A stretch of DNA of 64,000 nt from Escherichia phage ESCO13, in sequence record NC_047770.1; one strand, written 5' to 3'. The notes below the pieces were generated by a model. The model was not told the origin of the DNA. It ran no database searches and saw nothing but the letters and a program-made list of their open reading frames with translations. Position numbers and translations under genes: made by a program. Positions 1 through 9,884 of the stretch are shown here, one piece after another (positions within the stretch are counted from its first letter, which is position 1; every line of letters begins with the position of its first letter).

Positions 1-1084
1 ACCGACACAGAACAAAACTGAATAAATCGCGGTATCGAGCTAATCAACCAGCAAACGAATAACCATACCTCCCAGGGTTACAGGCTGTTAGAGAGCCATT
101 TAGAGCGGTTAAAATCGATCAACAACCAACAACAAACCATCAAAAACACCCTTTTACCTCCTTTCTAGTGCAATGATAACCATTATCATCTACCCATGAT
201 TATCTATGCAATATAAGCGCATAATTATAATGTTGATAATAGTTCGCAACAACTAACCAACAAACAACATAAAACAATAAGCAAACTAATCATAATCAAA
301 GGAATAATAGCAAGATGATTGATAACGACAAACAATCAAACCATGATGAATACTAAGCAAGATAACGATAACACGACAAAACAACCAACTAACGAACAAT
401 AACAAACGAAACCATTAAAATAATAACTATTAGCAAAATAGTGCATGAATGAAATCATTACAAAACGAATCATTCACAGAGTCATCATTAGCACGCTATG
501 CCGGACACATAGCGAGCTAATAATAAGCCAACTACACCCCAACAATCATAACCATCGGTGACGGTTATTTCTTGTTACTGCGTAGCTTGCAATAATTGCA
601 AGCGTAATGACGCTTACACTTATTGCGCTGGCTTATTATTAGCATTATATGTAATTACCAAGATCATAACATTAGCGCAATAACAATAATCATTGTAATG
701 GTTACATAAGGAAACAATTAGCATAGCAATAATTATTGGGGGCAATGGGAGGATGATTATCATCATTCCGATACATTGCACACTATGCACATAATAGAAT
801 AAAAGTCAATAATTTTGGGGGCGAAATGTTACCGCCACAGGCGGGAATGTTGAGCACCTTCTCTTAAACGTAAATAAAATCAGAATAATCTTGATTTATT
901 TTAATTTTTATGTTAATAAACGTTTAAATAATAATCATTCTCATATAAATAATAGTCCGTCTGTCATGAGCGGGATCAGTTGACATTGTTCTGTCATATG
1001 ATGAAGTTGCCAAGCCATTGATAAATAAGTGTTTGTGTGATTTATAATCAAGTGGCCCACCTTGTCGCTACGTTGGCATGAGCC
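1..1084. other. ORF-free A/C-rich non-coding region (+ strand T- and G-poor)
   Basis: No ORF >=60 aa in six frames; caacaa/aacaa low-complexity tracts; 8-bp inverted repeat gcttgcaa/ttgcaagc at 585-603. Confidence 0.5.
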
Positions 1085-1465
1085 TTGCATAAGTCATTGA
1101 ATACGAATGATAATTATTCTCATTCGCATGATATTTGGGAATTGTCGCTGCGTGGACCTGACGGCCCGAAAATTCGCGTTAAGCACTTCTTACGTATGCG
1201 CCATGATTTTTGCCATATCATATTGATTCTATTAGATATTCTTGCCATTATTGCCATGAAACAGGGTGTCCCGAAATAATCTCTCCCCGTAGATATTTTG
1301 GGTTACTTTTTATACAAGAGCGGGGTGTCAAAAATAATCGGTATATATGGGATAATTGATAGGAATCCCCTATGATAAATCGATTGTAATTCCTTAAGAT
1401 TGATTGTATGATGTTGGTGATTGATGATTGCCATGAAAGATGGCTAACGATGAGAGGAGATTGTC

Positions 1466-1810
1466 ATGCAAGAGAGTAAAAATGTTCCGTTGAGTAGTTT
1501 ACGTCTAATGAAGTTTTACAAAGCTTGGTTTGCTGGTGAGGTAGAAGGTCACACAACGAGTGGTTTGTGCATATGTTTGATTAAGTATGTAGAGGGAACA
1601 TACCCTGATGAACTGTTACCTCGTCTACAACAAGAGATGAAATCCCAGTTTATTGGTGCAGGACTAGATTACAATTTCCCGTTTAATGAAGGTGGTTATG
1701 AGGAATACACCTTTGAACATAAAAAACATATTTGCCATAAAAACAAACATCGTATACAATGGGTGCTAGATAGAATTCAAGATTATGAAGGAGAGAAAAA
1801 TGACAAATAG
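1466..1810 (+). CDS. hypothetical protein, early paralog family A (copy 1 of 7)
   Basis: SD gagaggag upstream; motifs FYKAW..TSGLCxCL..AGLDYNFPFN..WVLDRI shared with 6 other ORFs. Confidence 0.6.
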   Translation: MQESKNVPLSSLRLMKFYKAWFAGEVEGHTTSGLCICLIKYVEGTYPDELLPRLQQEMKSQFIGAGLDYNFPFNEGGYEEYTFEHKKHICHKNKHRIQWVLDRIQDYEGEKNDK

Positions 1811-2168
1811 TATTCCGTTGAGCAGTGCAACATTGCTTCGCTTCTATAAAGCATGGATTGCCAACTATCCTGCAATGAATCGCACAACGAGTGGCTTATG
1901 TGGTTGTCTGGTAGATTATGTAGATGATTTTGTTGGTGAGACAACTAGAGAAGAAGATAGAAGGTGGCGTGATCATTTGTTAGACCGTTTGAAATATGAA
2001 ATGAGGAAACAATTTACATGTGCAGGGCTGGACTACAATCTTCCGTTCAATGCAGATTGCATGGATTACCTTTCAGAGTGTATAAATTTGGCGTGTCATA
2101 CCAACACGTTACGTCTTCAATGGGTGAAAGATCGCATTGAAGATGCAAATAATGCTTGCATTGAATAA
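1800..2168 (+). CDS. hypothetical protein, paralog family A (copy 2)
   Basis: Start moved to ATG 1800 after SD gaaggagag; motifs FYKAW..GLCGCL..AGLDYNLPFN..WVKDRI. Confidence 0.6.
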   Translation: MTNSIPLSSATLLRFYKAWIANYPAMNRTTSGLCGCLVDYVDDFVGETTREEDRRWRDHLLDRLKYEMRKQFTCAGLDYNLPFNADCMDYLSECINLACHTNTLRLQWVKDRIEDANNACIE

Positions 2169-2226
2169 AAATGTCTGTATGATAGTTTGCATACCGCGCA
2201 TAACAAACAGCTAATGAGGAGATGAA

Positions 2227-2436
2227 ATGAAGAATTTGAAAACTGTCACAATGTTCTTGACTGATCCTACACGTGTGCAAGCACTGGCTAAAGCCAGCCG
2301 TGTAGCTGTAGAATTCCAAAACTTTAAGCCGTCCGTTGTGACAGGCAGTGAAACGTGTGTTATCGATTTCATTAACGAATACTTCCGAGGGAATCCGGTT
2401 GGTCGTTACTTTATTAAGGGTCTGAAGGATGCATAA
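2227..2436 (+). CDS. hypothetical protein
   Basis: ORF with SD gaggag 6 nt upstream. Confidence 0.5.
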   Translation: MKNLKTVTMFLTDPTRVQALAKASRVAVEFQNFKPSVVTGSETCVIDFINEYFRGNPVGRYFIKGLKDA

Positions 2437-2659
2437 CATGAAACGCATGAAAATTCGTATTGAGAATGATGGTGGTTATAAAGGACTTACCCGTGCAAAA
2501 TTTCCACTTGTGTTGGAAGCTACTGTGGAATACAGTGGGCTTGCTCATGTGCGATTCTCGAAGATGATGGAAGTGCAGGAATGGTTTTGGGACGAGATAG
2601 ATGCACGAGAAGGGGAAGATTATGTTTTCTTTCCTCACGAATATGAAATTGTCTATTAA
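2429..2659 (+). CDS. hypothetical protein (family D; C-terminus W-W-E-DYVFF shared with 7048-7269)
   Basis: ORF, weak SD; paralog-like C-terminus. Confidence 0.45.
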   Translation: MHNMKRMKIRIENDGGYKGLTRAKFPLVLEATVEYSGLAHVRFSKMMEVQEWFWDEIDAREGEDYVFFPHEYEIVY

Positions 2660-2662
2660 GGG

Positions 2663-2911
2663 TTGTGTGCAATGATCACACCACAACAGAATGAAGCAGC
2701 AATGGATCTTCTCGATAGTTTGTATTTCGATAATTGGTACTCTGAATGTGAATGGATGAATATGCAAACTCTGAAAGAGAAGACAAAAGCGTTGATTACA
2801 GTAGATCAATTTCTTGCAGAGACGGAAAGAATGAATTATGATATGGCATCTCGCGCACGACGCGTTTCCATTTTCAATAAAATGTTAGCATTATGGGGAG
2901 GTAGAAAATGA
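2663..2911 (+). CDS. hypothetical protein
   Basis: ORF packed between neighbours. Confidence 0.45.
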   Translation: MCAMITPQQNEAAMDLLDSLYFDNWYSECEWMNMQTLKEKTKALITVDQFLAETERMNYDMASRARRVSIFNKMLALWGGRK

Positions 2912-3369
2912 GACAATTCACTATACTGGCAGCTTATGTGCAATGTGTTCACGATTATGTTAGTGCTCATACAGGTTTGCTGGAAGTTACCAGTAAAATT
3001 GAAGGTAATATGGGTACTGTCTGTGTGCAACATACTTTATCCAATGTGCCGTTTAAAGTGTTCACTGTTGTAGCTGCCGATTACAATCGTGTAGATGTGC
3101 GTTTCTTGGATCATAATTTTCGTAACGCACTAGATAATATTGAAGATTATCTTCCCGTGAAACCTTTGTCGTTTCCACCGAGTCGTGCAAATAATGTAGT
3201 GACAAACCTTAATGAAAGGAATGTGGCTATGCACAAAAAAGTCCGTCAATTGAAAATGCTGATGGAAATGCAAGAAGAGATTGAAAAAGAGCTAAAAGAA
3301 GATTTTGGTATGCTTCCAAAAGACGCTTTGAAATGGTATGATGAACTAGGAGGAGAGAGCAATGTTTAA
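2908..3369 (+). CDS. hypothetical protein
   Basis: SD ggggagg upstream; start overlaps preceding stop. Confidence 0.5.
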   Translation: MRQFTILAAYVQCVHDYVSAHTGLLEVTSKIEGNMGTVCVQHTLSNVPFKVFTVVAADYNRVDVRFLDHNFRNALDNIEDYLPVKPLSFPPSRANNVVTNLNERNVAMHKKVRQLKMLMEMQEEIEKELKEDFGMLPKDALKWYDELGGESNV

Positions 3370-3820
3370 AGAAGGTCATGTCTACCGTTTCCAGGATGAG
3401 GATTATATGCGACTATATTCTACCTTTGATAACAGTATTGCGGCTATCATTGGAGAGAATTTTTTCGAGGTGTTGAGCACTGATGCAAATGGTAATATCT
3501 TGTCAATGGTTGTAATAGGTATGAGAGATGGTATTATCACTGCTGGTGATGGGGATCGTTACATAATCAATTCTGCTCATATAGATTATTTTGTTGACGG
3601 TGGTGTTCGTGGTGGTCGTGGAAAACCCCAAGAAGAACCTGTTGATACAACAAAAGAAGAGTGGTATGTTGTAATGACTGATGACACCTGTATTTCTGGA
3701 TTTGAAAGTTATGAAGAAGCTTTGAAAGAAGCAGCAGAGCATAAAATGGCTAATCCTACAGAAGAGGTTGAAGTTTATAAACGTCTGGTTGTTGCTACCA
3801 TCGGCGTATCTTTTGTTTAA
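3362..3820 (+). CDS. hypothetical protein, paralog family B (MFK-G-VY-F N-terminus)
   Basis: SD aggagg; N-terminus MFKEGHVYRFQDED similar to next two ORFs. Confidence 0.55.
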   Translation: MFKEGHVYRFQDEDYMRLYSTFDNSIAAIIGENFFEVLSTDANGNILSMVVIGMRDGIITAGDGDRYIINSAHIDYFVDGGVRGGRGKPQEEPVDTTKEEWYVVMTDDTCISGFESYEEALKEAAEHKMANPTEEVEVYKRLVVATIGVSFV

Positions 3821-3832
3821 AAGGAGAATGTT

Positions 3833-4618
3833 ATGTTTAAAGTAGGTTTTGTTTATAATTTCAAATCAGAAGATACCAAAAAGAATTTTGGTAAAGCCAG
3901 TATTCGTAACGCTTTCTTTGTAGGTTGCATTCAAGATAGCAAGTTTAAAGTTTTAGATGTTGATTTTCTAGGTTCTGTGTCAAAGGTGAAAGTATTAGAC
4001 ACAAATAAGATCATCGAAGGTAGTTCTGGGCTTTTCCCTGAAGGTTATAAGCTTGTAAGTTGTATGGATTATACTCGTTTTGAAGAACATACTCCTGAAG
4101 ATTATGAAGATTCTCCTACAGGAGGCTGTGTCTTTGTAGAAGGTGGTGTCTATAAGTTTGCAAGTGAACAAGATCGTAAGCTTTTCGCCAATTATATTGA
4201 CGGCGGACAAACGACAAACAATGTAAACCGAAAAATTTCCGATCTTATTGGCGATGATCCTTTCGTGATCACAAAGATGGTTGGACAAGATGTAACAGCA
4301 ATCCGTAGGCTTGTATGTAATACAAATCATGTAGCAGGTGAAGGTTGGTTCAAAGAAGCTTGTGCACTGCTAATCAAAAGCGATAACCCTTACTTTAAAA
4401 ATATTAAAGATGCTGTTGAGCCTAAACAAGAGGAACCCGCAGTGAATTTTAAACACTATGCTATTGTTAAAGGTATGAATGTCCAACTGGTGTCACATTC
4501 TTACGAAGAGATCGCCACAGAAGCAAAAAAGATGAAAGAAGAATACCCAATTTCTACTGTTGAGATCTATGAGCGTATTGGTGTTGTTAGTATTGAGCCT
4601 ACTGCGGTAATAAAATAA
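3833..4618 (+). CDS. hypothetical protein, paralog family B
   Basis: SD aaggag; N-terminus MFKVGFVYNFKSED. Confidence 0.55.
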   Translation: MFKVGFVYNFKSEDTKKNFGKASIRNAFFVGCIQDSKFKVLDVDFLGSVSKVKVLDTNKIIEGSSGLFPEGYKLVSCMDYTRFEEHTPEDYEDSPTGGCVFVEGGVYKFASEQDRKLFANYIDGGQTTNNVNRKISDLIGDDPFVITKMVGQDVTAIRRLVCNTNHVAGEGWFKEACALLIKSDNPYFKNIKDAVEPKQEEPAVNFKHYAIVKGMNVQLVSHSYEEIATEAKKMKEEYPISTVEIYERIGVVSIEPTAVIK

Positions 4619-4627
4619 GGAGCTATT

Positions 4628-5065
4628 ATGTTCAAAGCTAATGCTGTTTACTGTTTCAAAAGCAAAGCTGCATGTGAAGCTTTCTCTATGATCTCTGATG
4701 AAAATTTCAAAATGGCAGCTTTGATTGACGGATCTTGTTTCCGCGTCGAAGCTGTTAGTGAATCAGGATCTGTTTGCTCGTTGACTTTATTGGACAGCGG
4801 AGATATTATTGAAGCTGGACAGTATCCGTTCAGAAGTTGGGAGATATTGTTAGCTCGCGGAGAGCGTAACTTTTTTATGTGCGTGTCTGCGGGGGAAGTT
4901 GTGAAAGAAACTAAGGATGTTTCTGTTTACAATTCTGAATTTATAAGTTATAGTGAGTATCAATATCTGGAAGGCATTGTTGGTCACTTGTTATCTCTGA
5001 TTGATACTGAATGTGACTTGCCTGAATCATTGAAAGAAGAGTTGAAAGCATTAGATCTGTTATAA
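4628..5065 (+). CDS. hypothetical protein, paralog family B
   Basis: SD aaggag; N-terminus MFKANAVYCFKSK. Confidence 0.55.
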   Translation: MFKANAVYCFKSKAACEAFSMISDENFKMAALIDGSCFRVEAVSESGSVCSLTLLDSGDIIEAGQYPFRSWEILLARGERNFFMCVSAGEVVKETKDVSVYNSEFISYSEYQYLEGIVGHLLSLIDTECDLPESLKEELKALDLL

Positions 5066-5092
5066 TGTTTCGCACAACGAAAGGAGAATAAG

Positions 5093-5392
5093 ATGAATCT
5101 GACCGAACAGTTACGCCGTATTGCAAAAGAAGCTTCCTTCAACTTCCCTGTTGAAGAAGTGATCGAGACATGTTTTGCTGAAGCACGAGCGGGAAACTCT
5201 TCAAGAAATTTCACGCCATCTGATTTTGGTTTGGATAATTCCCCTACCCACCCAGGGGAGATCTACAATCAGGTGAAGTGGATGGATGAAGCAGTAGCAA
5301 TTCTTCGTGAGCGTGGGCTTATTGTTTATAAAGAAATGGATCTGAACGGGGCATACGAGTGGATCACTATTGATTGGTCGGAGGTGAAATAA
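5093..5392 (+). CDS. hypothetical protein
   Basis: SD aaggag upstream. Confidence 0.5.
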   Translation: MNLTEQLRRIAKEASFNFPVEEVIETCFAEARAGNSSRNFTPSDFGLDNSPTHPGEIYNQVKWMDEAVAILRERGLIVYKEMDLNGAYEWITIDWSEVK

Positions 5393-5601
5393 TGGTTACT
5401 ATCACATTGACAGTTACACAAGAGCAAGCAGAAGAATTACGTGATGCAGTGGCATACATGGGACGCTCTTATTATATGCCTTATAAATCACAAGATGTTT
5501 TTGCTACAGCCATTGAGAAAGCTTTAAACAAATATCGAGAAACTCATGCCGTTCCTAAAGTATCAGCAGAAGAGTTTGGCACTTGGCACGAAGTTCACTA
5601 A
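5392..5601 (+). CDS. hypothetical protein
   Basis: Start moved to ATG 5392 after SD ggaggtg. Confidence 0.45.
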   Translation: MVTITLTVTQEQAEELRDAVAYMGRSYYMPYKSQDVFATAIEKALNKYRETHAVPKVSAEEFGTWHEVH

Positions 5602-5611
5602 GGAGGTTTCG

Positions 5612-5845
5612 ATGAAAGGTAATAAGATGAAAGTTAATCAAGTGCCGAGTGCATACACTTTGTGGCTTGCGCGAGCGTTACACCAGACGATCAAAGACCC
5701 TAAGAAGCCAATGAAGAGTGGGAAGAAGTTTATGTCTAAGGGCAAAACAACCTTTGGCTTCACTCGTATGTCTGTTAAGATGAAAAGGCTGGGGTATAAG
5801 CCAAACTACGCTCGTTACCCTTCCGAATACAACTGGTTTGATTAA
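5612..5845 (+). CDS. hypothetical basic (Lys-rich) protein
   Basis: Start moved to ATG 5612 after SD aaggagg. Confidence 0.45.
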   Translation: MKGNKMKVNQVPSAYTLWLARALHQTIKDPKKPMKSGKKFMSKGKTTFGFTRMSVKMKRLGYKPNYARYPSEYNWFD

Positions 5846-5860
5846 AGAGGAGAACAAAAC

Positions 5861-6145
5861 ATGAAAACATCTATTCGCGTAAAACATGATCCAAACAGCA
5901 GTTACCCATACGCGGATGTTGAACGTCATGAAGGAGACTATTACACCATAAAACGTAAAGTCCCAACTGATACAGGGTTTAACTTTGATGTTATTGCACT
6001 GGATGATCAAGGTGTTGATAATCTGGTGAATGCATTACTCGCATTGAAGGAAGTACGATATGAAAATCAGACTAAAGGTAAAGTGGCTTTCGATTCTTGT
6101 GATCGTTTAGCCGAAGAGATTGCCGAATGGCGTGATACTCACTAA
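5861..6145 (+). CDS. hypothetical protein
   Basis: SD agaggag upstream. Confidence 0.5.
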   Translation: MKTSIRVKHDPNSSYPYADVERHEGDYYTIKRKVPTDTGFNFDVIALDDQGVDNLVNALLALKEVRYENQTKGKVAFDSCDRLAEEIAEWRDTH

Positions 6146-6160
6146 AACAGGAGAAAGATT

Positions 6161-6337
6161 ATGGCTACTTTTCAACAATTGAAAGATGTTTCACGTTTAA
6201 TAAGAAAAATCCGAGAAGCAGACGCTGCTGTGCGGAATGCATTAACGCCAGCAGAGCGTGAAGATCTTGAAGAGGAGGTGAAAACAGCCGAGAATGCTTT
6301 TGCTGCGTATCTTTCAACACTGTATACAGGAGGTTAA
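6161..6337 (+). CDS. small hypothetical protein (58 aa, not in ORF track)
   Basis: ATG with SD caggag; fills gap; stop abuts next ATG. Confidence 0.35.
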   Translation: MATFQQLKDVSRLIRKIREADAAVRNALTPAEREDLEEEVKTAENAFAAYLSTLYTGG

Positions 6338-6652
6338 ATGTCAGAGGAACTTAAAGAATTTTATCAGGCATATCATAACTGGCTATTAGCTGGTGCTCCA
6401 GATAATAATCCTTTCTGGCATGATAAAGGATTATGTAGTTGCCTCTACCTTTGGACTGGTGGTTACGATGATCTAAATTATGAAATGCAAATGCAATTCC
6501 GTGAGGCAGGATTGTCTGAAGAATACCCGTTTGATGACGGAGATTGGTTTAAATATGATTTTGCACAAAGAAACGGGCTATTGCATTTGAATGCTGCCCG
6601 TATAAAATGGGTAAAAGATCATGCTACACAGGAGGATGTGCAATGCCAATAG
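6338..6652 (+). CDS. hypothetical protein, paralog family A (copy 3)
   Basis: SD acaggagg; motifs FYQAY..GLCSCL..AGLSEEYPFD..WVKDH. Confidence 0.6.
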   Translation: MSEELKEFYQAYHNWLLAGAPDNNPFWHDKGLCSCLYLWTGGYDDLNYEMQMQFREAGLSEEYPFDDGDWFKYDFAQRNGLLHLNAARIKWVKDHATQEDVQCQ

Positions 6653-6843
6653 TGTTTAGTTTCTTGGTAATTGTTATAGTTGTTCTTTTCGCAGCATGGC
6701 TTTGGGATTTTGACCCAGGAGCAGCGCAGCAAAGAGCTACAGACTGGAAAGAACAATGTATTGTGCTCAAACATGAACGAAATGCGGAGAAATTTCTTGA
6801 CCTGGAGTGTGATCGCCTTGTAAGATACAAGCAAGATAAATAA
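6643..6843 (+). CDS. small membrane protein, family C (KEQCIVxK..KFLD)
   Basis: Start moved to ATG 6643 after SD aggagg; hydrophobic N-terminus; paralog of 12317-12523. Confidence 0.5.
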   Translation: MPIVFSFLVIVIVVLFAAWLWDFDPGAAQQRATDWKEQCIVLKHERNAEKFLDLECDRLVRYKQDK

Positions 6844-6857
6844 CCTTGAGGTGCAAA

Positions 6858-7046
6858 ATGGTAATTGAGATTAAACTTGAATATGCTGGGGCTGTTGCCT
6901 TGATCGCACAAACGTTTGGAGCAAAAATTGAAGAAGTGTATATCAATGCCTGGAGCGTAGAGATTGATGTTCCTATGGATAACATTGCGAATCGCTTGCT
7001 GGTGGCAGAGTGTGAACGCACCAACATAATCTACAAAGGAGCATAA
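6858..7046 (+). CDS. hypothetical protein
   Basis: Start moved to ATG 6858 after SD gaggtg. Confidence 0.4.
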   Translation: MVIEIKLEYAGAVALIAQTFGAKIEEVYINAWSVEIDVPMDNIANRLLVAECERTNIIYKGA

Positions 7047-7047
7047 T

Positions 7048-7269
7048 ATGAAAATTAGAGTTTGTGATGTATTGGGTTATGTTGGTTTTGAGAATGTTCA
7101 GATTCCTTTTGTTGTTGAAGCACATCTTGTTAGCGATGATATGACAACATTCTTTGTTACGATAGAAGAAATGTCCAAAGTTGAGGGATGGGAGTGGTTT
7201 GAAGAAGATGTTTGGGAAGGTTGTGATTACGTATTTTTCTCTGATGAAGTGAATGTTCTTTCGGAGTAG
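7048..7269 (+). CDS. hypothetical protein (family D)
   Basis: SD aaggag; C-terminus WEWFEEDVWEGCDYVFF resembles 2429-2659. Confidence 0.5.
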   Translation: MKIRVCDVLGYVGFENVQIPFVVEAHLVSDDMTTFFVTIEEMSKVEGWEWFEEDVWEGCDYVFFSDEVNVLSE

Positions 7270-7271
7270 GT

Positions 7272-7478
7272 ATGTCTTGTTTTACAAAAGCAGTGTCCAT
7301 ATGTAAGAAACAGTATGAAAGTGATTACGGAATATTTAATATTCCAGCAGATCATACGGAGTATTGTTCATGTGGTGGCAGGATGAAGAAAACAGTGATT
7401 TATGCGGATAGTGGAGACGAACTTGTTCCGGTTATGGTTTGCAAAGCTTGTCATTCTATTAAAACATTAAAAGCGTAA
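7272..7478 (+). CDS. hypothetical Cys-rich protein
   Basis: ORF with SD ggag; CxC..CxxC. Confidence 0.45.
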   Translation: MSCFTKAVSICKKQYESDYGIFNIPADHTEYCSCGGRMKKTVIYADSGDELVPVMVCKACHSIKTLKA

Positions 7479-7573
7479 GGAGTCGGGACACCCGACGATT
7501 GGAGCTAAAAATTTTGCGTACAACCCTTTCCGCCCAACAGGGGCGCGTCGGGTAAATAAAGAGGAGAGTTTAT

Positions 7574-7972
7574 ATGAAAAAGATCATTGTAGGTTTATTG
7601 CTACTCGTTGCATCACTTGGAACAGCAAATGCGTCTCAAGTTTATGAGTGTGTGTCAGATGTGGTTGTTAAAAATCTGAAAGGTGAAGTGATTTCTGGTC
7701 CTAAGAAAATGGCTTCTGTTGTCATTAATAAAGATAACTCCTTTATCCTTAAAAATTCAGGTGGTGCTTTGATGAGTGGCATTCTGCAATACACAGGAGA
7801 AAAAAGTAAAGATGGTAGTGCTATGTACGGTTCACAACAATTTATTGGCACTACTGAAGTAGTAATGATGCGCACAGAGTATCGAGACACTTTGGCTTGG
7901 TTTGCATTTCTAAAAAATGATAAAACAATAACGAATGTTCTTACTCTAGAAGCTGATTGTACGCAACGATAA
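7574..7972 (+). CDS. secreted hypothetical protein (signal peptide)
   Basis: SD agaggag; N-terminus MKKIIVGLLLLVASLGTANA. Confidence 0.55.
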   Translation: MKKIIVGLLLLVASLGTANASQVYECVSDVVVKNLKGEVISGPKKMASVVINKDNSFILKNSGGALMSGILQYTGEKSKDGSAMYGSQQFIGTTEVVMMRTEYRDTLAWFAFLKNDKTITNVLTLEADCTQR

Positions 7973-7981
7973 GGGGGATTT

Positions 7982-8428
7982 ATGACTAAAATGAGACATT
8001 ACGCTGTAAACTGCAACGATGTTTGGCGTTTGTGTCCTGATGATCCGACAGAAGGCACATTTGTAAGATATGAGGATTATAAAGAGTTATCGGATGCTGT
8101 AGTCGCATTGTTAACAGATATCCGTTCACGTTATCCAGGACAAGATTTCACTTGCCCTCACATCAAACTTCTTGCCCTTCTGGTAGAAGGTGAGAAAGAA
8201 GTGGAAGATGGCTTCAAGCGTGTAGAGTATCAAGGTGAAACTTTAGAGGTTCCTGAATTTGTTAATTATATTGCAACAGATTCGAGTGGCGAGCGTTATG
8301 GCTACAGCCATAAGCCAGAGATTCCTGATTGGATTCCCGCTTGGAGATATTCCGTTAGTACCGGAGACTATATCTTCCTTGGTGTAGGTAGTAGTAAGGA
8401 TTGGCGTTTCTCTTTGACAGAGGTTTAA
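7982..8428 (+). CDS. hypothetical protein
   Basis: SD aaggggg upstream. Confidence 0.5.
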   Translation: MTKMRHYAVNCNDVWRLCPDDPTEGTFVRYEDYKELSDAVVALLTDIRSRYPGQDFTCPHIKLLALLVEGEKEVEDGFKRVEYQGETLEVPEFVNYIATDSSGERYGYSHKPEIPDWIPAWRYSVSTGDYIFLGVGSSKDWRFSLTEV

Positions 8429-8432
8429 TAAT

Positions 8433-8696
8433 ATGAAAGAGACATTGCCAGCAGCATACCGTTTGAATGATGAACGTATTTGGGAGTGGACCGACGTTTC
8501 TTGTTTTTACCCTGAAATAGTTCAATATTGGCGAGCAAAAGGGTGTGTTGTAGTTATCAACCCTTGTGGACCAGTGGATGAAGATTGCTTGTATCTCGAT
8601 GGAAAGTGGCACAGTTATTGTCGCTGGCCTTTTGAGTGGATGTGTAAAGAAGATCTCCCAGAGGGTTGGGAGTATCCAAAAGCAAATAGGAGATAA
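8433..8696 (+). CDS. hypothetical Cys/Trp-rich protein
   Basis: ORF with SD gagg. Confidence 0.45.
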   Translation: MKETLPAAYRLNDERIWEWTDVSCFYPEIVQYWRAKGCVVVINPCGPVDEDCLYLDGKWHSYCRWPFEWMCKEDLPEGWEYPKANRR

Positions 8697-8697
8697 T

Positions 8698-9060
8698 ATG
8701 TCTAAAGATTTTGTTGAAGTGTTTGTCAAAGATGAAGAAACTGGTTTAGGCACGGGTTTCATTTGTGAAGAAACTTTTAAACGTGAACAAGAAAAAGCTA
8801 TCCTTATGCGAAACTATGATCATGCATTAGAACAATGGAAAAATGCAGAACAAAAATGCAAAAACCTTTATGCAGAAAATAGAAAACTACAAGATCAAAT
8901 GGAGTTGTTAGCTATCAGTTTACGATCTCTCATTTTGGCTGTAGAAGACGGTTTTAAAAATCCAGATGGTTTTCCTGTGAGCGATATTGAACATGATTTG
9001 TATCTTGCTCGTGGTGCTTACTTTTATGTTAAACAGAAGTCTGTAGAAGGAGAGAAGTGA
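8698..9060 (+). CDS. hypothetical protein
   Basis: Start moved to ATG 8698 after SD aggaga. Confidence 0.45.
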   Translation: MSKDFVEVFVKDEETGLGTGFICEETFKREQEKAILMRNYDHALEQWKNAEQKCKNLYAENRKLQDQMELLAISLRSLILAVEDGFKNPDGFPVSDIEHDLYLARGAYFYVKQKSVEGEK

Positions 9061-9257
9061 TGGAAGAAAAACTGGAACGTATTATCGAGTTAGCCATGTC
9101 TATTGGCTACGACGATTGTTTTCTCCAAACTATTGGAGAAACACAGAACGATTACGACTCTTGGGTGAAAGAGTTGGAAGAACTCAAAACTTCCTTGATT
9201 GCTGACTTTGCTGAAGCCGAGGATAAAGCAGATCGTTACAACTATCTGTGTCGATAA
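9057..9257 (+). CDS. hypothetical protein
   Basis: ATGA start/stop overlap with upstream gene. Confidence 0.45.
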   Translation: MMEEKLERIIELAMSIGYDDCFLQTIGETQNDYDSWVKELEELKTSLIADFAEAEDKADRYNYLCR

Positions 9258-9319
9258 GCCTTGACATTTATTTTATGTATGGTATACATACATTATCAAC
9301 GTGAGCAAGGTGGTGTAAT

Positions 9320-9592
9320 ATGAATAAAGATCGGTTTCTTTCTTTAGTCGCGGAAGCTCCTTTTGATGTTCTTGGGGTGAGATTATGGAAAGACAGAAAC
9401 TATGGGTTAGATGTTCAAACATACTCTCTTTGGTTGGTTGGGGAGCACAGCTTAGATGAAAGCTTGTGCATGGGTAGGGATTCTCGTTCCCTCTGTTTAA
9501 AGTTCAGAAGCTTAGAACGCGCAAACAAAGAGCAAGAAAAACTAACGAGGTGGCTAAATGAAAACAAGCACAAGGTTGATGGAGTTTTATAA
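9320..9592 (+). CDS. hypothetical protein
   Basis: SD aaggtgg upstream. Confidence 0.45.
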   Translation: MNKDRFLSLVAEAPFDVLGVRLWKDRNYGLDVQTYSLWLVGEHSLDESLCMGRDSRSLCLKFRSLERANKEQEKLTRWLNENKHKVDGVL

Positions 9593-9884
9593 AATTTATC
9601 TAGCATGGATTGATGTTGGTGCTCCTGATGGTAAACCTTTTCGGCGGGATTGTGGTTTGTGTGCCAACTTGTTCGATTATGTGCACAGAGGTAATTACAA
9701 CCCCATTATAACAACCTTGTCAGATGAAATGCACGCACAGTTTTACCACAAAGGGTTGAGTCAAGCACTCCCTTTCAATGAGAACTACGATGCATATATC
9801 TTAGAATCAGATGCAGAGGTATGTCACCTGAACGTGGACAGGATTAATTGGGTAAGAGATCGTATTGCAGAGGAGGATGAATAA
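9558..9884 (+). CDS. hypothetical protein, paralog family A (copy 4)
   Basis: SD gaggtgg; motifs FYKIY..GLCANL..KGLSQALPFN..WVRDRI. Confidence 0.6.
   Translation: MKTSTRLMEFYKIYLAWIDVGAPDGKPFRRDCGLCANLFDYVHRGNYNPIITTLSDEMHAQFYHKGLSQALPFNENYDAYILESDAEVCHLNVDRINWVRDRIAEEDE

Noticed and set aside
1085-1279. 64-aa TTG-start ORF in the leading non-coding region
   Set aside because: No SD, low-complexity product, and it sits in the compositionally biased ORF-free region.
2047-2809. Minus-strand ORFs (2047-2448, 2414-2809) inside the + strand early region
   Set aside because: They lie antisense to SD-supported + strand genes, have low-complexity translations and no SD; treated as shadow ORFs, as were similar antisense ORFs throughout.
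7482-7496. Hairpin gtcggg-acac-cccgac after gene 7272-7478 as a terminator
   Set aside because: No T-tract follows it, so it is more likely an mRNA stability element or chance structure.
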